DNA of 64,000 nucleotides from Escherichia coli (GTDB lineage Bacteria; Pseudomonadota; Gammaproteobacteria; Enterobacterales; Enterobacteriaceae): NCBI RefSeq assembly GCF_041248615.1, contig NZ_CP158426.1; one strand, 5' to 3'. Shown piece by piece: positions 57,616 to 64,000 of this stretch (position 1 is its first letter; each line of letters starts with the position of its first letter). The notes under the pieces were generated by a model. It saw only the letters and a program-made list of their open reading frames with translations, ran no database searches and was not told where the DNA came from. The position numbers and the translations under genes were made by a program.

Positions 57616-58635
57616 ATGCAGTATACCCGGCTCGGTAAAAGTGACTTACTTGTTTCCCGCATCTGCATGGGATGCATGGGGTTTGGCGATCCGTCGACGG
57701 GTCAGCATAGCTGGACGCTGGACGAAACAGCAAGCCGCGACATCATTCGCTATGGCCTTGAAAAGGGCATCAACTTTTACGATACCGCTATAGCCTACCA
57801 GAATGGCTCCAGTGAGCGATACGTTGGCCGGGCATTACGGGAGATGGCGAAACGCGATGATATCGTCCTGGCCACCAAGTTTCTGCCGCGAACCCCCGCA
57901 CAAATTGCCGGAGGGATCAGCGGAAAAGAGGCAATCGCTCAATCCCTTGACCAGAGCCTGAAGAATCTGGGGATGGACTATATCGACCTCTACATCTACC
58001 ACATCTGGGATTACAACACGCCCATTATCGACGTGCTTGAAGCGTTATATACCGCTGTTACTGCTGGCAAAGTACGAGCTGTTGGTATTTCAAACTGCTA
58101 TGCCTGGCAGCTGGCGAAGGCGAACGCCCTTGCTGAACGCGAAGGGCTGACGCCCTTTGTTTCCGTACAGAGCCACTACAATCTAATTATGCGCGAAGAT
58201 GAACGGGAGCTCTTCGGCCTGTGCACTGAGGATAATATCGCAATGACCCCCTATAGCGCGCTGGCCAGCGGCCGCCTCTCTCGTAAAGAAGGCTATACAC
58301 GGCGAGCCACAGAGGATGACTATGCGCGTGGAAAATATGACAGCACGGCTGAACAGGATCGCAGCATTATTGAGCGTGTAGCCGAACTGGCCGAACGCCA
58401 TCTGGTGTCAATGACGGAAATATCTCTCGCTTGGCTGCTGACAAAAGTCACATCACCTGTCGTAGGGGCTACAAAAAAAGCTCATGTCGATGGCGCGGTA
58501 AACGCAGTAAATCTTCAACTAAGTCCGGAGGAAATTCAGTTTCTGGAAGAAACCTACCAGCCGCATGTTCTGACGGGGATCATGGCGCAAAATACGCCGC
58601 AAACGAAAGATGTTAAGCAGGTCTGGATGCGATAG
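57616..58635 (+). CDS. aldo-keto reductase (Tas/YajO-like)
   Basis: 339-aa ORF with GGAG RBS; AKR motifs (FYDTAIAY, DLYIYHIWD). Confidence 0.8.
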   Translation: MQYTRLGKSDLLVSRICMGCMGFGDPSTGQHSWTLDETASRDIIRYGLEKGINFYDTAIAYQNGSSERYVGRALREMAKRDDIVLATKFLPRTPAQIAGGISGKEAIAQSLDQSLKNLGMDYIDLYIYHIWDYNTPIIDVLEALYTAVTAGKVRAVGISNCYAWQLAKANALAEREGLTPFVSVQSHYNLIMREDERELFGLCTEDNIAMTPYSALASGRLSRKEGYTRRATEDDYARGKYDSTAEQDRSIIERVAELAERHLVSMTEISLAWLLTKVTSPVVGATKKAHVDGAVNAVNLQLSPEEIQFLEETYQPHVLTGIMAQNTPQTKDVKQVWMR

Positions 58636-58750
58636 CCCTTATTCACTTTTCCTCCTCTCGTCTTTGAGAGCGCCAGTAGCGGTCGGTTACGTTCTTACCA
58701 GCACCAGTTGATCGAACGTCTTAAACAGTAACGTCAGTAAAAAGATCATC

Positions 58751-59476
58751 GTGAAAAAGACTTTTATGCTTTTAATTTGCATGCTAATAAGCAGCCCTGT
58801 CTTTGCAACAAAACCGGACGCGCCGAATAAGCCGGAGATGAATATCTTCGAGCTCGGCATCAGACCCGATCGGGACAACGACTTTGCAGACGTGGCCAGA
58901 CAGACGATTTCCGCTTCGGTTGATCATGAAGCAGGTACACTGGCGATGTATGCCCTGCAACGCAGCGACAATTCAGGTCAGGCATTCATGTTCGAACTCT
59001 ATGAAAATGAGCGTGCTTATCGCAAACATCTCAATGCCGCCCCATACAAAGCATTCGCTGCTCGTGCAGCTGACATTATTGACAGGAAGAAGAAAATTAC
59101 CCTGGAGCCACAGTTTCTGGGCGACAAACACATCATACCGAATGAACGAACTATCAATAATCTGGTGATCGTCGAAGTAAAGCCTGAATTTCAGAGCGAA
59201 TTTAGAAACATCGTCCTTCCTGAAATGGTCGAGTCGCTCAAAGTAGAGAAAGGCGTGTTAGCCATGTATGCCGGTACAGATTCAGAGACTCCAAAACGCT
59301 GGTATTTCTATGAGATTTACGCCAGTGAGGAGGATTATCAACTGCACCGACAAACGCTGCACTTCCTGGATTACCTCAGGCAAACGGCGCATATGAGCGC
59401 CAGGAAGGACGCAATCCCGGTAAAACCGGTATTTCTTCGTAACAAAGGCGGAATCAAACAGGAGCCGCAACGTTGA
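58751..59476 (+). CDS. secreted protein with two tandem ABM (antibiotic biosynthesis monooxygenase-like) domains
   Basis: Sec-type signal peptide MKKTFMLLICMLISSPVFA; internal duplication visible (LAMYALQ...FMFELYENERAYRKH / LAMYAGT...YFYEIYASEEDYQLH). Confidence 0.6.
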   Translation: MKKTFMLLICMLISSPVFATKPDAPNKPEMNIFELGIRPDRDNDFADVARQTISASVDHEAGTLAMYALQRSDNSGQAFMFELYENERAYRKHLNAAPYKAFAARAADIIDRKKKITLEPQFLGDKHIIPNERTINNLVIVEVKPEFQSEFRNIVLPEMVESLKVEKGVLAMYAGTDSETPKRWYFYEIYASEEDYQLHRQTLHFLDYLRQTAHMSARKDAIPVKPVFLRNKGGIKQEPQR

Positions 59477-59491
59477 CCAGTAAGGATTAAC

Positions 59492-60295
59492 ATGAAAAGC
59501 GTACTTGCAGCAGCGGCTATGTCGCTTGTTATTTCTGATTTTGCCAATGCTGAGGAAACAAGAGGTAAAGCTATGATGAAAATAGAACCGTCAGCGATTT
59601 CGGAAGCTGATATTCGTTCCGTCTCACCGGCTCTCGCGCGCTTTGGTCGCGAAGCTATTACTGAAGATCTGTGGACACGCGACGCCCTCTCACCGAGGGA
59701 TCGTAGTGTGGTGACCGTCGCCATGCTGATTGCCCGCAACCAGCCTGCCGAGCTTAAGCACTATATTGACGTCGCTCTCGATAGCGGCGTGACGCCAGCG
59801 GAATTATCAGAAATCATTACCCATCTGGCGTTCTACTCAGGTTGGCCAAATGCAATGTCAGCCGTCAGCGTGACCAAAGCAGTATTTGAAACTCGTGGCG
59901 TCACGGCAGATGCACTTCCTGAAGCTTCTCCGGACCTGCTTCCTCTCAATCAGGAAGCAGAAAAGCAGCGTTCAGAGACAGTGGAAAAAAATGTTGGCCC
60001 AATATCTCCAGGCCTGGTTAAATTCACTGCTGATCCACTCTTCCTGGATCTCTGGCAAAGACCCGCGCTGAAACCCCGCGACAGAAGCCTGATTACGGTC
60101 AGCGCCTTAATCGCATCCGGACAGAGCGCGCAGATTGGCTATCACCTCAATAGAGCAATGGATAATGGACTTTCTGTTGAGGAAGCTGGTGAGATCGTTA
60201 CCCAGGCCGCCTTCTATGCTGGCTGGCCAAACGCATTTACCGCTGCTCCGGTTGTGGGAGAGGTGCTAAACAATCGATCATCGAGTAAAAGGTAA
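59492..60295 (+). CDS. secreted protein with two tandem carboxymuconolactone decarboxylase (CMD/AhpD-like) domains
   Basis: signal peptide MKSVLAAAAMSLVISDFANA; duplicated motif LAFYSGWPNA / AAFYAGWPNA. Confidence 0.65.
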   Translation: MKSVLAAAAMSLVISDFANAEETRGKAMMKIEPSAISEADIRSVSPALARFGREAITEDLWTRDALSPRDRSVVTVAMLIARNQPAELKHYIDVALDSGVTPAELSEIITHLAFYSGWPNAMSAVSVTKAVFETRGVTADALPEASPDLLPLNQEAEKQRSETVEKNVGPISPGLVKFTADPLFLDLWQRPALKPRDRSLITVSALIASGQSAQIGYHLNRAMDNGLSVEEAGEIVTQAAFYAGWPNAFTAAPVVGEVLNNRSSSKR

Positions 60296-60395
60296 CATTA
60301 CTGAACACTAAAACCTGACGCACATCACAAAATTAGAACGATCAGTTCATGAACCAACAGACGTGACATCGAGTGATTTATGGACAGCGTTTAAC

Positions 60396-60428
60396 ACAGT
60401 TATGAACCAAAACTGAGTTCATAACTGT
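60396..60428. repeat. 12-bp perfect inverted repeat ACAGTTATGAAC-N9-GTTCATAACTGT; related palindrome GTTCATGAAC at about 60345..60354
   Basis: read directly downstream of the CMD gene; terminator or operator. Confidence 0.4.
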
Positions 60429-60740
60429 GAGTTTGAATCGCCATTTGATTAATATCCATTTAAAACAGTTTGTTATACTGTTTCTGGTGCTGTCGTAAAT
60501 TATGTATATTCCTCAAACCCAGAATAGTTAAATGGAATTTGAGTGATGCGAAGCGATTTTCCAGTCGTCGTTATTACTTCAGGGTTCCAGAACATAAAGC
60601 CTCTCCTCTTTCATAATTGGCCTGTGCATACCGGATATAGGCTGGCAGGTTTGCCGTTTGCCGCATCTTCCCTGCGTTGAAGAGTCAGGCTGGCAAACCA
60701 CACACCCTCTTTCCATCAACACTTCAGACAGCTTGCGGGA

Positions 60741-60944
60741 ATGAGTTCACTCCGGTATCAGAAATGGCTACGCCTCAATGAAGCCAGGCGACTGATGCTG
60801 AATGAACATTACGATGTCACCACTGCAGCCTATGCTGTCGGTTACGAAAGCTTATCCCATTTCAGTCGGGAATATTCGCGGATGTTTGGAGAGTCACCTA
60901 AGAGAGATATTACCAGGTTAAGAAAGTCTGTCGGTCAGCTTTAA
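60741..60944 (+). pseudogene. AraC-family regulator C-terminal HTH fragment (yneL-like remnant)
   Basis: 67-aa ORF holding only the second AraC HTH region; no intact upstream sensing domain. Confidence 0.55.
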
Positions 60945-61377
60945 TAAACCCTGCACTTATCTGTTTAGAGCAATTCCGTGTTAGTTACACTAGGCAAACA
61001 TTAACCATAGCTAATGTTTTATAGCCATATAAGCCATTGGTCGCTCTTGACCTTTCCTGACACTTCCCTTGTTCGCAATAATATTCTGTTTAGTCGCTGT
61101 TTATAAATATCATGCATAATGAAATCGTCATGTTATTTAGCGACATAAAATGTTTTTGCAAATACTCTCTACAACAAGTGCTGCAATAAACTTGTTGTGA
61201 TTAGGTGTCCTTGTAATTTAAAGATATTATCGTTCTTCGTGAAATGTAATAACCCTGGAAACTATATTCTCAGGGCAACAACCAATTAAGAATGATTCTT
61301 GTTTTATAAGCAATAACAGAATGACTTAATTGTTAACTCTCTTTATTCAGCTACTTAAATATAAATTTTGGAGAATT

Positions 61378-61941
61378 ATGAAACTCAAACATGTCGGTAT
61401 GATTGTCGTTTCTGTGTTGGCGATGTCGTCTGCTGCGGTAAGCGCAGCCGAGGGAGATGAATCAGTAACGACCACTGTTAATGGCGGTGTTATTCATTTT
61501 AAAGGTGAAGTGGTAAATGCCGCTTGTGCGATTGATTCAGAATCAATGAACCAAACGGTTGAGCTGGGTCAGGTCCGTTCTTCTCGTCTGGCTAAAGCGG
61601 GTGACCTCAGCTCCGCCGTTGGCTTCAATATCAAGCTGAATGATTGTGATACCAATGTTTCCAGTAATGCAGCTGTTGCATTCCTGGGTACTACTGTCAC
61701 CAGTAATGACGATACCTTAGCGCTGCAGAGTTCAGCGGCTGGCTCTGCCCAAAATGTCGGTATTCAAATTTTGGACCGTACGGGGGAGGTATTAATACTT
61801 GATGGTGCCACTTTTAGCGCTAAAACCGACTTGATTGATGGCACGAATATACTGCCATTCCAGGCTCGTTATATTGCTCTCGGGCAGTCAGTAGCTGGTA
61901 CTGCAAACGCTGATGCGACCTTCAAAGTTCAATATCTATAA
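61378..61941 (+). CDS. fimbrial major subunit (type 1-like pilin) of the F9/yde chaperone-usher operon
   Basis: ORF track 61330..61941; ATG at 61378 after GGAGA; signal peptide, Cys pair and C-terminal pilin motif. Confidence 0.8.
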   Translation: MKLKHVGMIVVSVLAMSSAAVSAAEGDESVTTTVNGGVIHFKGEVVNAACAIDSESMNQTVELGQVRSSRLAKAGDLSSAVGFNIKLNDCDTNVSSNAAVAFLGTTVTSNDDTLALQSSAAGSAQNVGIQILDRTGEVLILDGATFSAKTDLIDGTNILPFQARYIALGQSVAGTANADATFKVQYL

Positions 61942-61982
61942 TTCAATCTTAAGATGGCTATACGTCATCTGAAATTGAAACA

Positions 61983-62011
61983 GGGTGTGTGTTGCATGGC
62001 TACGCACACCC
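61983..62011 (+). other. intergenic stem-loop after the pilin gene (GGGTGTGTG...CACACACCC); possible mRNA stabiliser/attenuator
   Basis: 9-bp stem read directly; no T-tract. Confidence 0.3.
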
Positions 62012-62294
62012 GAGCAATTCACCAATGTTCATCTCATTATTAATGAGGAATAGTTTGTGTTTTGGAGCGGTATGAAAAAATCACATAATATCTAAACGAT
62101 CAATAAACAACAGTAGTTAAACTTACTGTTATTTAAAATATTTACTTTGTAGCAAGGTTTTCCTATTAAAAGAGAACCAACATTTATTACAAACGCATTA
62201 AGTCTGGAAACCCGGCGAGTCGCCAATGTATTAGCAACATTTACCGATTGTCTGATGTAACGGTTTCCCCGCTTATCCTCTTAACACATGGAGA

Positions 62295-63014
62295 ATGCAT
62301 CAGATGCAAACTACGCGTACCCCCTACTCTATTTCCTTTATGGCGACAGTGTTACTTTTATTGCTCTTTGCTTGCCATAGCACCGTTGCCAACGCAGCTG
62401 TCGCACTGGGTGCGACGCGGGTAATTTATCCGGCAAACCAGAAACAGGTTTTATTGCCTGTCACGAATAATGATCCTGCCAGTGTCTATCTCATTCAGTC
62501 ATGGATAGAAAATGCAGGTGACCAAAAAGACACCCAGTTTGTCATTACGCCACCGCTTTTTTCCATGCAAGGTAAAAAAGAGAATACGCTGCGGATAATC
62601 AACGCCACTAATCATCAGTTACCAGGCGACCGTGAAAGCCTGTTCTGGGTTAATGTCAAAGCTATTCCTGCTATGGAAAAAGACCAGAAGAATGAGAATA
62701 CATTACAGCTGGCAATTATTAGCCGCATAAAAATGTTTTATCGCCCCACGAACCTGGCAATGGCACCTGAAGAAGTGCCTGCAATGCTTCGGTTTCGTCG
62801 CAGCGGTAGCAAACTTACTCTTATTAATCCAACGCCCTACTTCATTACCGTAACAAATATGAAAGCAGGAAATAGCAATCTCCCAAATACCATGGTGCCG
62901 CCAAAAGGTGAAGTATCGGTGGATATCCCGCATGCTGCAACCGGGGATATCAGTTTTCAGACGATCAATGATTACGGTGCATTAACTCCGCGTATTAAGG
63001 CAACCATGCAGTAA
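62295..63014 (+). CDS. periplasmic pilus chaperone (PapD/FimC family)
   Basis: 239-aa ORF with signal peptide and PapD-like motifs. Confidence 0.8.
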   Translation: MHQMQTTRTPYSISFMATVLLLLLFACHSTVANAAVALGATRVIYPANQKQVLLPVTNNDPASVYLIQSWIENAGDQKDTQFVITPPLFSMQGKKENTLRIINATNHQLPGDRESLFWVNVKAIPAMEKDQKNENTLQLAIISRIKMFYRPTNLAMAPEEVPAMLRFRRSGSKLTLINPTPYFITVTNMKAGNSNLPNTMVPPKGEVSVDIPHAATGDISFQTINDYGALTPRIKATMQ

Positions 63015-63055
63015 ACCAGTGACCTAATTAATAATAAACTCAATCGGAATTAATA

Positions 63056-64000
63056 ATGACAGCCTTTCGTGCCGCATTTAAGGCATATCGTATGCATCAG
63101 GTGTTACTACTGCCTCGCTTTGCACGGCTTACCATTGCCCTTGGCTTAGCAACTGCGGTATTTCCCGTTGACGCAGAGTATTATTTTAATCCACGGTTTT
63201 TAAGCAATGATCTTGCTGAATCTGTCGATTTATCCGCCTTTACTAAGGGACGCGAGGCACCACCTGGTACATATCGGGTCGACATTTATTTGAACGACGA
63301 ATTTATGACTAGTCGGGATATTACTTTTATTGCAGATGATAATAACGCAGATCTCATCCCATGCCTGAGTACAGATCTTCTTGTCAGTCTTGGCATAAAA
63401 AAATCTGCATTATTAGACAATAAGGAACATTCGGCAGAAAAACATGTGCCGGACAACAGCGCATGCACACCACTTCAGGATCGTTTGGCCGACGCATCAA
63501 CTGAGTTTGATGTTGGTCAGCAACATCTGTCACTCTCCGTTCCGCAAATTTATGTTGGCAGAATGGCTCGCGGCTATGTTTCTCCTGATCTGTGGGAAGA
63601 AGGAATAAATGCTGGGCTTCTAAACTATAGTTTTAATGGTAATTCTATTAATAACCGTAGTAACCATAATGCAGGAAAATCCAACTATGCATATTTGAAT
63701 TTACAGAGTGGCATCAACATTGGTAGTTGGCGACTGCGCGATAACTCAACGTGGAGTTATAACAGTGGGAGTAGCAATTCATCTGACAGCAATAAATGGC
63801 AGCATATCAATACGTCGGCTGAACGTGACATTATTCCCTTACGCTCACGCTTAACGGTAGGTGATAGTTATACCGATGGCGATATTTTTGATAGTGTGAA
63901 CTTTCGTGGCCTCAAAATAAATTCAACAGAAGCGATGTTGCCCGATAGCCAACATGGTTTCGCTCCGGTGATTCATGGTATTGCCCGCGGCACCGCACAA
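63056..64000 (+). CDS. fimbrial outer-membrane usher (FimD/PapC family), 5' part; continues beyond the window
   Basis: open frame from ATG 63056 to window end, hand-translated; N-terminus ...YYFNPRFLSNDLAESVDLS...PPGTYRVDIYLN is FimD-like. Confidence 0.8.
   Translation, partial: MTAFRAAFKAYRMHQVLLLPRFARLTIALGLATAVFPVDAEYYFNPRFLSNDLAESVDLSAFTKGREAPPGTYRVDIYLNDEFMTSRDITFIADDNNADLIPCLSTDLLVSLGIKKSALLDNKEHSAEKHVPDNSACTPLQDRLADASTEFDVGQQHLSLSVPQIYVGRMARGYVSPDLWEEGINAGLLNYSFNGNSINNRSNHNAGKSNYAYLNLQSGINIGSWRLRDNSTWSYNSGSSNSSDSNKWQHINTSAERDIIPLRSRLTVGDSYTDGDIFDSVNFRGLKINSTEAMLPDSQHGFAPVIHGIARGTAQ

Overview
This window reads as an Escherichia coli-type chromosomal segment, colinear in reverse orientation with the K-12 interval from speG/ynfBA/rspAB through ydfJ-ydfI-ydfZ-ydfH-ydfG-dcp, ydeI-dgcZ-mgtS-ydeE-eamA, marRAB/marC/sotB, yneK-yneJ-sad-glsB-yneG-dgcF-uxaB-yneE-tam, the complete lsr autoinducer-2 locus, a large autotransporter, hipBA and the start of the F9 (yde) fimbrial operon. 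All identifications rest on my recognition of the translated ORFs plus visible motifs; no searches were run, and coordinates of non-coding features are approximate (about +/-2 nt). Differences from K-12, as far as I can recall that genome: (1) ydfJ is intact and lies directly beside rspB, so the Qin prophage is absent; (2) ydeJ appears to be missing between dcp and ydeI; (3) a ~7 kb beta-glucoside PTS/porin/phospho-beta-glucosidase island (bgc-like) sits between eamA and marB, with its glycosidase gene destroyed by an IS2 insertion plus an internal deletion; (4) the autotransporter that is fragmented in K-12 is one intact 1806-aa ORF; (5) an ~8 kb island between hipA and an AraC-type remnant encodes a LysR regulator and a divergent run of redox/detoxification-type enzymes, including two signal-peptide proteins with duplicated ABM and CMD domains. 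That last island is my best candidate for an undescribed system, with a provisional electrophile/quinone/peroxide detoxification role. MarR carries K62R/G103S/Y137H, consistent with a B2-like extraintestinal background. No rRNA, tRNA or CRISPR array was seen.
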